Made by a program: the position numbers and the translations under genes
Assembly: GCA_049724395.1 (NCBI GenBank)
Contig: JAUGWO010000030.1
Location: forward strand, 1-64,000
Source of the DNA: Spongospora subterranea f. sp. subterranea
Lineage: Eukaryota
DNA length: 64,000 nt
Direction of reading: 5' to 3'
The notes under the pieces: generated by a model
Seen by the model: the letters and a program-made list of their open reading frames with translations, nothing else
What the model was told of the DNA's origin: nothing
The model's database searches: none
Shown: piece after piece, positions 1-12,520 of the stretch
How positions within the stretch are numbered: position 1 is the first letter of the stretch
How the letters are laid out: every line of letters starts with the position of its first letter

Positions 1-109
1 CCTGCAATCTGACGACTATGCGCTGTCTATTGCATCAGATAAAATGACTCAGGATGCTTGAGTAATGTCGGAGATACCCAACGATTTTCAATTTCAACAT
101 AATTTGGGA

Positions 110-680
110 TTATTCCTCAAAACTTGTACACCGGCACTTGAAGTTGACAACTGGACCGAAGGCGTCGCCCATCGATAACGGGGAGTTGGATTGGTTCACT
201 GAGTGATTTTGATGGAATTTGATTTGCATGGGCGAACTTCCGATCGGTGAACAATGAGGTAGCGCCACAGTTATTAATGGGAACGGAATGTGAGTAGGTG
301 ACAGAACATGGCGCACAGGAACATTGATGTTGTCGTGTTATTGAACAGAGCAGTAGATGTGGACTGATTAGTGATCGAGAGATAGGGATAACCTTGCTAG
401 CGGTGTAGAATATTTGAAGCATTGCTGGATCATCGTGGTAAATTACGAGCTGAACCGTGTGTCCCGGTTCGCCGCAGTAGAGACAGAGCCCTGCAAGACG
501 ACGACGAGTCGTTTCCTCCGAAGTAAGAGCAGGACGTGAGGTATGGAGTGAAGCGATTATTCTGTAGACGAGTAGAACCGCGTTAGTCACCATCGGAACC
601 CGTTCCCAACACCAAAATTGAAGGGCGCTCTTAAACAAAACAAGATGATACGAGATAACTACTGTATCCGCCATTATTCG
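110..680 (-). mobile_element. Degenerate Ty3/gypsy LTR-retrotransposon gag-protease relic
   Basis: ORF 117..674 contains a gag zinc-knuckle-like RRRLAGLCLYCGEPGH and a decayed aspartic-protease segment (INNCGATSLFTDRKFAHANQIP...IQLPVIDGR, compare ALIDSGAT). The catalytic Asp is lost and no LTR was seen. Confidence 0.7.
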
Positions 681-2138
681 CTCTCAAAAAACAGTTTGCA
701 CCAAACATGGCATTTGCAGTGTCCCTCTTTCCTACGACATTGGCTTCGATAAGCAGCCAAAACGTGATGCAGCATGTAGTAGAACAACGGACATACCAAA
801 TACAGAACTAGATCACAGCAGGAAAGTTGAATAGGTGGGAGAGGATAATCGGGTAATTTTTACCCTGGTGTATAACACATGGAACTGTCCCCGTTCTCAT
901 CTTTGACTCTGAAATCATCCTTGAACGATGGCGAACCGCGCTACTATTGCGCCACATCCCATTCCTCCAATGTTTGTCCTCAACTTGCTGATATTGCTGC
1001 TGGTGGCGACCAGACCGACTCGATCTGTGACAACCGAACTTGGTCATGGTCGGGGTGAACCTCCTGGCTCCGGTCAGGCCAATGCCGCCACAACAATCGC
1101 CTCCTCGACATTCTCGGTATGGATGGCGGAATATCGCTCCAAAGAATTGCCAAATCCTGAGAGCATTGGTCCTTGCAGGACATCGTGTCGCCATCGCTGG
1201 AGTTGGCAAGTCGCCGTGACAAGACCAATGGTTCACACTCTCCAAGATTGGAATGTTCGACATTGGAGTCAAATTTGCTGCAAAGCAATTCCGTGCTGGC
1301 GTTTGATTGTTCCAATAACAATCGTGTCCACCAGTCTGGTGAAAGTTTTTCGATGATTGTGGTCGTTCAGGTCATCTTCATACAGAAATTCGGCTTGTTA
1401 AGTGCGTTTTTAGGAATGGGGCTCGGGCCCGGGTTCGAAAATTGACGCGTCCCATATCAGTATCGATTCTCAACAATTGAGTCAAGAGGGCAAGAACCTT
1501 CATTACCTTATCGATCTAAATCGAATTCCTATTGATTCGGAAATGTTGCCGTCAACAGACTTTCCCAAGAATCTCGTGCCCGATCACAGAAACGCCAACC
1601 AGTTTGGTGACAGTTCTTCCAGAAACTTAGCCGTTCAGTCCATGTCCAACTTGTGATTCGGTTTGCTAATATCGTGTTTAGGATTGGACCGCGAGCACGA
1701 GTTCAAACCTTGATGAATCCCGTATCAGCATTGATGGTCAACAGTCATTAGAAAGCATCGAGGGCAAATCTTTCGATTGCCGCATGGAAAATACGATTAA
1801 TTCACAAAATCAGCCTCTTGACGTTCGTGAGAATTTCGTGACAGTAAGCGATTGTCGAGAATCGTGATCACCAATATCTGCTGATGGCGTACTAGAATGG
1901 ATTTCCGAAGCGCTCTCACAAAATCGTCAAATTTCGTAATGCCAAGTACTTAATGGGATTAAGAACGCTTTATCGGCGCCTAAACTGGGACCTGGATGAG
2001 GTCAAAGACTTTGATAGCCTCTGTGTGTTTCTGGTCAGAACTCTGGTTCCCCGCTCTGTCTGGGGTTTGATGAGCGTATCGTCTGCTTAGGGAAAGGGGA
2101 CGAATCCAGAACAAGACGAGTTTCACAACACTGTCGCC

Positions 2139-3244
2139 ATGACGGAGCACATCATGAAACTACTGTTGCTCGGAAAGTCGAAGCGGGATAAGGTTGAGGT
2201 CGGACAAAACAACATCGAAGCTCCTGAAATTAGGCTAATTGCCAAGGCACCCAGCACCCTGCAAAAACTGATCCTAATTTCGAATCTTGTTCTGAAATTG
2301 GTCTCTGGCAGAAGATCGATCTGCACAATTCTTCAAACGGTGATTTATTTTTTCAAGAAAACCTGTATCCCTGTCCTTCAATGTCTTGTGAAATGTTGTG
2401 GCAAAGACATGGACCTGTTCCAGAATCGTTGGGGAACGTGTTTTAAGCACATTTTGTTTGGATCGAAATACTGCCCCGGTCCTGGATCAAATCATAACAT
2501 TTGCGGTTACCAGAGGATGAAAATCGTCAGAAACCCTGATAACAGGTTTTCATTCGCCTTTTTTTTTTAACACTGAGTAACAATTGTGCTTTCAGAGACA
2601 AAGACTCCGGTTTGTTATTGGATCTCAATGATCTTGTTGTCGCTATTTCAATGTCAAAAACCGCAAAAGAAAAACTCAAACTGTGTTTTGAATTCACCGA
2701 GAAATATGAATCATGTGGCCTCAAGGCTCAAACGGTTCTGCGACCGTATTATAACCAGTCTCCGAGACCCATCTGGGGGTGCTTTGTTCATCACTGTGGC
2801 CAAAATGCAGATGAGTGGATTCGAAAATGGGGCCCTGTATTCGCACATGCTCAATTCGGCAGGCGGAAATGTCACGGCTGGGAGTCCATTCAATGCGGAT
2901 GGAGCGACCGACGGTTTGATATTCCTGCAAGACTTGGTCTTCGCAGAAAATCAACCCGAGACTTCCTCTCAACGATTTCCAAAATTCAAGATCAGTATCA
3001 TCAGTTCTTGAATACGAAGACAGCATCACAGATGTCGCCTCATCCGGATTTAACCACTTTTGTCAGAAGGTGCCGTCCTATTTACAATTGTTTCTTTCGT
3101 CATTGTGCTGGAAGTGTTGAGGAATTTATTCGGAGATGGGGACAATCAGTACACTACTCCAGGTTCAGTCGCAATTGCTGTCCTGGACCAGACAAAAAGA
3201 AAGCTGATATCTGTCGATATGATTCTCGGTCATCGCAAGGTTAA
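2139..3244 (+). CDS. Hypothetical protein with three tandem ~115-aa Cys/His-rich repeats (2 exons)
   Basis: A GT-AG intron at 2546-2595 joins ORF 2139 to ORF 2612 in frame (..DNR|DKDSGLLLDL..). The motif P-[IV]-x2-C-[FL]-x3-C...[FW]-x2-[RK]WG...H...F-x4-C-x-G...C occurs three times. The start is uncertain. Confidence 0.65.
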
Positions 3245-4215
3245 AGAAGGGTTCACCCTCCACAGACTCAACCAATAAGTTAGATGAAGTCAAATAAACC
3301 TGATGCGTTTGATATAAACTTTTTTCGGTATAATTCCGTTGGATTCTTGGCCAACATTGGCCGAGATACATATGTGGATTCAACGCCTTCCTGCGCTATG
3401 GACTAGGTAGGCAACTCACGTTCGATTGATATCGATGGATTTTGTTGTTGAGTTTGATGAATAGGTGGCGTCGGCTACCATCAGATATGATGGTAGTGGA
3501 AGGGATGACAATAGATCCCAGCCAGGAATTTCGAAAATACATTATTCCTTATTTATTTCTTCCGACTATGGATACCAATAAATTATTCGCTAAAGAACAC
3601 CTGTAAATCAATCAATCTAAACCTGTAGCAGTATCAGATACATAATCTGAGCAATATCACAATACGTGGTTGAATAAATATCAGCAGCCCAACACCTTGG
3701 TCGGCCATGATTCTCACAGACTGTATTGACGGAAAGCGGCCGGGGCTGAGCTCGGACCGTTTCAAATAACCAATCGGGTTTTACATTGCGGACTACACAA
3801 CCCAAACCCATTGATATCTGATAAAAGGACAACCCATTTAGCCACGAATCCTGTGTCGTTTATAGGCAAGCTGCAGGCGCAGGGGCGCCAGCTCATGAGT
3901 CAGCATCTTGTCGTGAATCAAGGCAAATCGCCCAACACCAGACGAAGGGGGAACGCGTTTGGCCCGTATGGGCCTGGAGCGAATAACGCCCGAAATCGGG
4001 ATCGCCATCCCAATAGGCCATTTAATGATATGAGTATATGATTTTGTTCGGAAAATTGTCTGGTTTGAAGGTTTATATTTGGGGTGTTTTTGCAGGTTTT
4101 AATGACGACCTCTCCCGTGTTCTCATAATTGACCAAAACGTGCAAGTCAAGTTTACAGATGTATTCGACGATGACGTTTTTTGACCCATATTGAATCACG
4201 TATAAAGATAATGCT

Positions 4216-5165
4216 TCACTCTTGCATGAATATCGATCGCTGATGAGCTTTATCATATTCTCGATGGCTCTGTTCTTCGAGCATTCCAGATTGCCTGTCT
4301 TTCATTACAGTTAACTTGACTTCCGCACGATTTCTATGATGCCGCTCTTCGTCGACTTCGCGTTGCAATCGTAGCAATGCCTCTTCGACACTTTTGGGAT
4401 CTGCAACAGGATTTTGCATCAGGAACTGTGGGCTAATGGGGCAAACATGGATTACCTGAAATATCAATTCCAGCTACCGATTTTGATCTCAAAACTTGGT
4501 GCTGTTGAGAGGCTTCCTCCAACTCTCGTTCCGCATTGCCAAGCTCCCGATCAACAGAACTTGACTTCCTCAATTCGTCCTCGCATAACATTCGCTCCGA
4601 TATTTGCGAGTTCAAACGAGCATGGATACTTTCAAGCTCAGCTAGTTACAAAAAAGGTTGGCAAAAGTTGTCGGCGTACATGCTGGATAAAAACTACCTA
4701 TTCGGGATTCCGCCCTCAGTCTTGCCTGGCACTCAATTACCAAGTCTGTTTCCAGTTTTCGCACACGTAGTTTGGTCGCCCTCAATATATCAACGCCTGT
4801 TGAATTCCAGATCGGTTATGAAGCAAAGGGTATAGTGAAATGAACAAACCTGTCGCGTCAGCGGGATCTTTTTCGGGCCGAGGCTCTTCGTCAAACATTT
4901 CTACCAGTTCTTGCACTGCAGAATGCAAGTCGTTGTATTTTGTGTCAGTCACTTCGATAAGTTGCTCCGGATCTGTCGCAATTGGACTCCCGAAGACGTA
5001 GCGGAGACCGCTGGCCACCACACCGCGTACGAGGTTCTCCCCCCTCAGCAGCAGACTGCTTCCCGGCAGCTGCAAGATGATGGACCCGCCGGGGATGATG
5101 TTGAACAGGGAGGGAGGCGGCTCCGGTTCGCTCTGGATGGAGCTGGCGGCGATGCTGCTGCTCAT
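4216..5165 (-). CDS. Hypothetical multi-exon coiled-coil protein
   Basis: ORFs 4782..5204, 4433..4615 and 4216..4467 are separated by short GT-AG introns and have E/R/Q-rich heptad segments. The 3' end is uncertain. Confidence 0.45.
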
Positions 5166-6483
5166 CCTGCGGTCGTCCCCGATATTTGAACAATGAGAGA
5201 GCAATGGGGGTCTTAGTCGCGACTTGCGACTACCTATGACCGGTATCGTGGGGTTGCTGAGTTACCCCCTGTCTTTTAATTCAGACTGTGCTCCTGTTGC
5301 TCCCTTTAACGATACCACTTGTTCCCATATTATTGCGTGCATTCATCTCCATCTCAGATGTGACCGATGTCAACCCGGTCCCATCTCTCCGCGAGTTCAT
5401 CTCGAAAACGACCTGCACATCATATTTCGCAAGGTCCCATCATTGACGATTGATATTCTTTCTATGTTTGGTAGTGCTAACATGCAATCGGGTTCTGGTT
5501 CCACATTTCGTAACTTTATTGGACTCATTGGGATCAGGGCTGCCACAGGGTAGACTGGCAAACCCTGTGGTCGGCCGGACTCTAGGCAAGAGGTGACGAG
5601 GACTCAAAAGAAACAAGTGGATAACGTCCCAGCCAGTGGTGAGCGGAAAACCCGTTCCACATCAAGACACACAGCCAGACAGCCTTTCCTGTATGGGCAG
5701 TGCGGGTCGAACCCAGCCACGAATAATTATTTGTATGGTGCTCGGCAAGGACTACTACACTGTGCTATAGACCTTCGATCGATAGAATTCGTCTACACCT
5801 ACAACAACCCGACCATTCTTCCGTCATGAAGTCGAAAACAAGCACACATCTCCCTGCGCCTTTTTTCGTAAGCAGCTTTTTCGGTAAATCACACGTTGAC
5901 AATCAAACGGTGGGAACCCAAGAAATGTTGCCGGCGTACTTCCTCTTGGGTTTCCACCGTTTAATTGTCGACGTGTGATTTACAGAAAAAATATATTTGA
6001 ACTGTTCGCTGACGGCGGAGTCCGATTCCCAACTGTTGATCGCGTCCTCGGCATGTTGTTTCGTCGACACCGCTGCTTGACGGATCTTCAGCATCGCAAT
6101 TTATCGTTTCTGGATCAAATTCCGGTCCAGGTTCAAAATCAGGTTGCCGATGAGAATCCTGGCAGATGTCGCCATTCCGACTGGCGCGGCAGCGGATGCC
6201 GCCATTGCTTTCTTTGTGGCATCGACCAAGCGTTGATATCTGCTTAAATTTGTGTTTTAATCATTTCGAAAAACGAAAATTTCCATTGAAAATATTGGAA
6301 AAGCCTTGAAATAGCACGTTCGCCTTGTTTTTTCCACGCGCATCTGCTTTTACATTTGTAGGGTCCAGCTCGTCTGTGGGACTCGATAAGCTGTGAACCG
6401 TGACCTGTAGATGTTCCCCACTGTAGAAAAGACTGGATCAAAAAGCTGGATCAACAAGTGAAGGCCAGTCTTCGAATCCAGTT

Positions 6484-6857
6484 TGCATTTCTGGCAAAAG
6501 TTCGAAAGCTGATTGAGGTGTTCAATTCGGCGACCGAGAAATGTGAGTCTACGAGCTCTCGCTACCAAGGTCTGACCAGCAATTATTGTGGAATGCGGGG
6601 AAGTCCCGACCCGCACCGTCAAAGAGGCTGGATTCCGACCATTGGATTAAATCAGAGGCCCCGCCATACAAACTGACTCCGAGGGTTTTCTGCGAAGTGA
6701 ATGAACAGGGTTACTGTTACCGGACGGTGCGGGTCGGACTTCCCGCATTTCACAATAATTATCGATCAGACCTTTGTAGCGAGCGCTCGTATTCTCACAT
6801 CCCTCGGTTGCCGAATTGAACACATCAATCAGCTTTCGAACTTTTGCCAGAAATGCA
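6484..6857. repeat. Inverted (fold-back) duplication starting in a transposase fragment; arms 6484-6620 / 6723-6857, 102-bp spacer
   Basis: TGCATTTCTGGCAAAAGTTCGAAAGCTGATTGA...GACCCGCACCGTC and its reverse complement, about 15 differences in ~137 nt by eye. A related copy of 6810-6952(-) lies at ~7603-7768(+). Confidence 0.9.
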
Positions 6858-7269
6858 CCATTATCGTTCAGAGTAGTTGCGGTTGAGCCGTTCTGCAGAG
6901 CTGAGGAACTGGCATCCTTAACGAACCGGCTGGCTCTCTCACTTAAAGTTTCGTCCACTAGCATGGTCAATTGATGACTCGACCTCTGACGATTTCGATT
7001 TAACTCCCCACAATCACCCTGGTCACGAAATCGAGGTCATCGGGATACCCGATTTTTCCTGATGGAGATTGTCTATACCGGTTTGACAACAGTAAGGACA
7101 TTCCCAATCTACTTATTCGCTATCCCGGTGGCAGTTGCAAAGCACCAGGCCCTCTCCAGATCGGCATTGACGTGCGTTTCGTTGCAAAGAGGTGTGTCGG
7201 CGCTTCTTTATATTCTCTGCCAAGCTTTGCTTGTCGTATCTCAACGTTAAGATCGAAGCAGAACGACGT

Positions 7270-9170
7270 TAAGGATTTCGACATCAGGTACTTCAGACAT
7301 GGATATTTGCTGACCTCAGCAGTTTATTGTGTGTGTTAAAGCGGTGGGCTCCGGTGATGTTACGTGGACCTCGGTTTTCACTGTACAACATCACGAGGGT
7401 CATTTTCCCGCCTACCGAACATGATTGTGGAACGCAATCTGTCCACTGCAACTTTTAACTCTCGAACAGGAGCTGCAACGGATTAAGCGGTGCTTCGGTG
7501 CAATCATGGACTTTTCAGATACGAAAAGGAACGGATTCATCAAGTCGTATGTGGCCATCATTGGTTCATTTATGAACACTCATGGTCTCGAGCTCATGGA
7601 CGAACTCTGAGTGAGAGAGCCAACCGGTTCGTCAAGGATGCCAGGTCTCAGCTCTACAGAATGGTTCAACCGCAACTACTCTGTTGTCGGAAAGAACGAT
7701 AATGGTGCATTTCTGGCAAAAGTTTGATTGAGGGGCTAGTGATTGAGGTGATCAATTCGGCGATTGAGGAATTACAGTCCGAATATCCCAATGCCACCAA
7801 TTGGTTTGAATGGTGGCTTCGTGACGCGGTCGCTAGGCTTATATTTGCATGCAAATCGCAAGAATTCGAAGAAATGGCTCGCAGTGATTCGAACCCAATC
7901 GAGTCCATGCATTCGAGATTTTATCAGATTGCGGATCGCAAAAATTCGTTTGTGTATGGATTGGCAATCTTGACGATGTTCTCGGAGTCGTTGCGTCAAG
8001 ATTTCGAAGATGGCGCATCTGGCCTAACTTTTCATTACGGGCAAGCAGAAAGATGGAAAATGCAGATCGACAAATACGCCAGAGAGGCGCCGGTTGTCGT
8101 TCGCAACCGAAAACTTGCCAATGACGGGCGAGTCCCTGACACATCTAAAAATTTGATTGGCGCGAACAATGTAATATCGAAAGCTAAGTTAGGTCGCCCT
8201 AAAGGCAGCCGTTACCATTGATAGAAATGCACTTATCACATATCAAAGGTATTGCCATGACAATACATCACGTCCCTGTTGGAATGTCTATTTGCTTGTT
8301 TCAAGGCTTTTCCTGTACGTGAATTGTCGTTAAATTTGTGCGATTCTAATTCTCAACTCTATGTCACTCGGATGATTGCTTTGCTGTTTCCTGGCTGCTA
8401 TGAGCCTTTCATCCATACATTTAATCATTTTCAAATCAGGTCCAAGGCGTCGCCAGATACGAATATTACTGGGCTGCTCAAATCCGGTCTCAGTCAAGCT
8501 GTCGAGTTCGTGGTACATGACAGAAAACTTTTCCGTTTTGGCCAGTTTCGCAAGCCTGCCACCGTTTACAAGCACTGTTCCAAGTGGATGGATGATTACT
8601 CAGATATCTGTATCTTCCTTCATGTAATAAGGTCAACTGATTAGTGATTCACTGATTCGAATTGCGCCTAATTGGTTGTTTTTTAGCGCTCTCTGTTCTA
8701 TGACGCTGGGCATGAAAATAGTTACTCTAAAAAGGAGTTGCCTATTCTGGTATGTTGATTGGGAAGAGTGGCGATTATTGATGAAATTGCAATCTTCAGG
8801 AGATTTCTGCGTTGATGGTTGCGCCGTAATTCACTGCAACACTACAGTGAAGTTATCGAACAAGGTGCTGTTCATTGATATAGGCATGGATATTGAGAGT
8901 GTGCAGCTCCGATGTTCTGAAACCATGAGTGTGGGCGGTCGTAATTGGCAGTTGATGGGCCGCATTTCATCTAAGGACTGGGACTGCCGTTTTTTTGCAA
9001 TTGCTCGAAAAAATGACGTTCCGTTGAAGGGTTTATATATCTATGATGACCTCATCAACATGGAAGTTGAACGTATCATTCCCATAAATCTCCCGGAGCA
9101 GTGCGACCTGTCAAGATACCTCTTCTACACTCAACAAGAGGGAACTGCTGGTAATATTACTTGTATATGA
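7270..9170 (+). mobile_element. Degenerate MULE/Mutator-like DDE transposase followed by USP-like cysteine peptidase remnant
   Basis: Fragments DFDIRYFRHGYLLTSAVYC..RWAPV..HF (7274), GAIMDFSDTKRNGF, KGCQ (frameshifted), WFEWW..SDSNPIESMH..NDGRVPDT, then TSLLECLFACF and ..SVGGRNWQLMGRI..FFAIAR..LYIYDD. There are multiple stops and frameshifts. From memory it resembles the GCM-domain transposase-like proteins expanded in rust fungi (unverified). Confidence 0.6.
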
Positions 9171-9450
9171 TTGACATTTCTTCTCAGTCCCAGCCGTGGT
9201 TAAAGGTGGTAGAAATGTGACGTTTGACGAGGGGAAATGTCAATGGATTAGCAAAAACGGTTTTGCAAAAAGGCCTCAAGGGCAGGCACATCCAAGGCTT
9301 GCGCCGGATCATTCCGTATCGCGAGGCTTGCCCACGATGACTGTCACACCGATCCAGTTGGCGGAGGAGATCGCCGTCCGTTTAGGATGCCCGCTTCCGG
9401 TAGTTTTGTCTTTGGACATTTTAACCCCATGCATCTGACACGCTCTTAAG

Positions 9451-9732
9451 GTGGAACCGCAGTTGACACCTCTGGAACCATCTGTTCAGGAGTTGGCCGA
9501 GCGGGCAAGCCTCGCGATACGGAATGATCCGGCGCAAGCCTTGGATGTGCCTGCCCTTGAGGCCTTTCTGCAAAACAGCGAGTTGCGGATTAAGAACCCG
9601 CTACGCGCTGTTTGCAAATTGTGTTCACAGCCGTACCCGTCCAGCTACAAGGCCGCCCAGCATGTCCGGGCGACTCACCTGTCGCTCATCCAGGAGGCGC
9701 GACTCCAAATCCAACAGGACAATTGTAAGTGA
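9451..9732 (+). pseudogene. C2H2 zinc-finger-containing fragment, probably transposon cargo
   Basis: CKLC-x12-HVRATH motif; the flanking frames are broken. Confidence 0.35.
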
Positions 9733-10019
9733 CACCGCCGCTTTGATTCGGGATAAGTATCTCACATATCACAGGCGTTTACAGAGAAGAGGAGGATGCA
9801 GTTGAAGATGTCATCGCGAACAACGTACCCAGCCCGTTGTTTCATGATGGGGACGACTTCCCGACGCTGACACCCCAGGCAAGGCCCCTGGAAGGGGAAG
9901 CCTTGTTGACGTGTACACATTAGATGATTGGAGTTAAATATTTCCGGTTCATTGTTTTCGCGTATCCTCCGATCTGACTACGGAACCATTTCACCTCCAG
10001 ATCCGGTTGTCTTCTGATC

Positions 10020-10739
10020 ATGGATCATTGTGTGGAAATACGCCCAGAATCGTCAGTCCGAACAAGGCAAATGACAAGGACCGAGAATACCTCCGGTTCC
10101 TCCAACCCGCCTGTTGATGTCAATAGTGGAGCAGAGCAGATTGTGGATCTGGTCAAAGCATTGGTGCCAGAACCTTTGGACACAAGCCAACTCGATCGGC
10201 TGCTTAAATGCCTTCAATCTTCGGAGTTGTCAAAGAACGTCGAATCTCGGATGGCGCTAAATTTAACTATGAAGAGCGACTCCATGAACCCTGCAAATGT
10301 AGTCTCCATCTTGAATGACCTCTTGCCGTACGATCTAGACAGAGGTCAACGAATATTAATTCATCAGATTGTTAGCTATAAAACCCCAGGGCATATCTTG
10401 ATCCTACAAGAAAACCCGACATGGAGTTCCCGTCATGGACAGTCGAGGTACTATACTCTAATCGATGAGATCGCCAAGTTCAATCTGACCAAAAACGTTG
10501 GCACCCGCCGGGACGATATCGGATATCGTTTTATGTTTAGTTTCAATATGGTTCGTGACATCAAACGCTGTAAGAATGTCATGATGAAACTGATACCAGC
10601 AGCGTTCGCCCTAAGTCCACTTGCAATCGCTGCGGGTGCAGTTGGCCCATCTAGGGAGCCAGCAGCATTCTCTGCAATAGTCTTCAATAATCACAGTGGA
10701 GAAGCTGATGTAAGCAATGGCGAGTTCTTCTCACTTTAA
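10020..10739 (+). CDS. Hypothetical protein, 239 aa, intronless
   Basis: ATG-initiated open frame of 720 nt; no recognisable family. Confidence 0.35.
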   Translation: MDHCVEIRPESSVRTRQMTRTENTSGSSNPPVDVNSGAEQIVDLVKALVPEPLDTSQLDRLLKCLQSSELSKNVESRMALNLTMKSDSMNPANVVSILNDLLPYDLDRGQRILIHQIVSYKTPGHILILQENPTWSSRHGQSRYYTLIDEIAKFNLTKNVGTRRDDIGYRFMFSFNMVRDIKRCKNVMMKLIPAAFALSPLAIAAGAVGPSREPAAFSAIVFNNHSGEADVSNGEFFSL

Positions 10740-10955
10740 TTTGTTCACTGTTGACATCCCGCTCATGAGAAACCTGCAAAAATTCTACTGCAGTGATTGA
10801 TTCAGATAAATAATTCGCTAATAATTAATCATGACTATATTTGAAGCAATAGATAAAGGGGAATATGAGATCTAAACGGAATTTTGACACCACGAATTCA
10901 AAGGCAAAGAATAACCGTCGAATATTCAGCACAGACCCTGGCGTGAAGACGAAGA

Positions 10956-11685
10956 TTATCTCGTCGTATGATGCGTGCCTGATGCAGCGGCTTGCTGCTG
11001 TTCCATTCTAGCTTTCCTCCTTTGTCTTATAGCCTCAATCCTCTGTAATTGGGCGTCATCGTCAACAGAGGGACCGTCCTTAGGACCTGGAACAACTGGA
11101 GCTTGAACATTTGATTCTCGGACCATTCTGTCAGGAGTGAAGTCCCAGATACGACGACGCCTGGTGTCGTAATCTTCGTCGGTTTCGTTAACACCTTCGC
11201 TCCCTGCCTTCACAGATGTTTGAGGTCGTCGATATTGACCGACGTGATCCACACGAAGTATCCGTCCAGATACCTAAACAAAAGTATCGTCAAGTGAGAG
11301 ATTACCATACGACATGAGAGAAAACTCTTCACCTTGGCGCCATTAAAGTTATCAACAGCTAATACGGTGCTCCTCTGATCTTCATATGCAACAAATGCAA
11401 ACCCACGAGATTTGCCGGATTTTTCGTCTCTCATTAAATTCAAATCAACAATCTCCCCACACTGAGAGAACACGACAAGTAGATCGCCCTCTGATAAGCG
11501 ATAATCAAGTCCGGACGCGATGATATATCTGAAAACAGTGCCAATCAGGGCTGAAAACATCCCGACACCATTCAGCCAGGTAAATACGCGCTATTCTTAT
11601 GCTGGGCATGCCAAGATCCAGCATCGGATACTCCGGCTTCGGCTTCCTTTCTGTTGATCCGTTCGATCTCTCGTATTTGGTTCAT
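10956..11685 (-). CDS. RBMX2: RNA-binding motif protein X-linked 2 / Snu17 (RES complex), 3 exons
   Basis: MNQIREIERIN..SWHAQHKNSA|YIIASGLDYRLSEGDLLVVFSQCGEIVDLNLMRDEKSGKSRGFAFVAYEDQRSTVLAVDNFNG..RVDHV. Confidence 0.93.
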
Positions 11686-12214
11686 TGATGGCTAAACAAC
11701 TGTACAACTGATTGTGACAGTCCCCGGCACATCTTTTAGACGGGAATTGGCCCACGGAGAAACTGAGAGTTGACCTGGAGGAGTCCGACCGTCCGAGCAC
11801 ACATATTTCATACGTACACTCGGGAACGGTACTTGATTTCATCGAGGGGCGTCGAATCTGGCAAATGTAAAGCAATGTAGACCTGAAAGACTTTAACAAA
11901 ATTGGACAGTGTATAACACATACGCCAAGCATTAATTGGCGGCGATTGGTAAGTCTAGATTCTGCCAGAATGACACTAAGGCGTCACGAAGCTTAAACAT
12001 CTTAGCGTCCTGTTGAAATGCCCAACATGACACACTGGAAATGGTACACTTCATCACACAGGGATTGGGTTTCCCCAAACACACTTGAATCTGACTTTAA
12101 CACACACGAAGTGGTAATAACTAAACACACACGAATGGATAAACCTCGAACAGCATGAGTAATTGCTGGGCGGCATATCGTTGGGATGCCTCCTCCTGTT
12201 GCCAATGGCCTGGT

Positions 12215-12520
12215 TCGAGGGCCAGATGTTCATCGCGGGAACCTGGGCCAACTTGCTGGACCAGGTCGTCCAAGATTGGCAGGACCAGCGCTGAATTTTG
12301 CTCAGATCTTAACACACACGAATGGACAACCGAAACACACAAACTTTAATTATAAACCGTAGAATGATGAAAAATCGTCACTTCTTCTCTACAATTTCTG
12401 TCTGAGTGATTAGGGAGCCAAAAGGTGTTTTAGTCAAAATTCAGCGCTGGTCCTGCCAATCTTGGACGACCTGGTCCAGCAAGTTGGCCCAGGTTCCCGC
12501 AACGAACATCTGGCCCTCGA
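12215..12520. repeat. Near-perfect inverted repeat; 86-bp arms 12215-12300 / 12435-12520, 134-bp spacer
   Basis: TCGAGGGCCAGATGTTCATCGCGGGAACC...CGCTGAATTTTG versus its reverse complement, 2 mismatches. Weaker similarity extends to ~12185 / ~12630. Confidence 0.95.

Noticed and set aside
3425..3460. ISMDFVVE, resembling a gypsy integrase motif
   Set aside because: Isolated 8 codons with no supporting flanking integrase sequence.
5543..5585. Hairpin CCACAGGGT/ACCCTGTGG followed by CTAG
   Set aside because: Short stem, CTAG not followed by T, and no other Helitron evidence.
10020..10739. Possible TET/JBP-type 2OG-Fe(II) dioxygenase as transposon cargo
   Set aside because: No HxD..H..R motif is visible; the resemblance is only vague.
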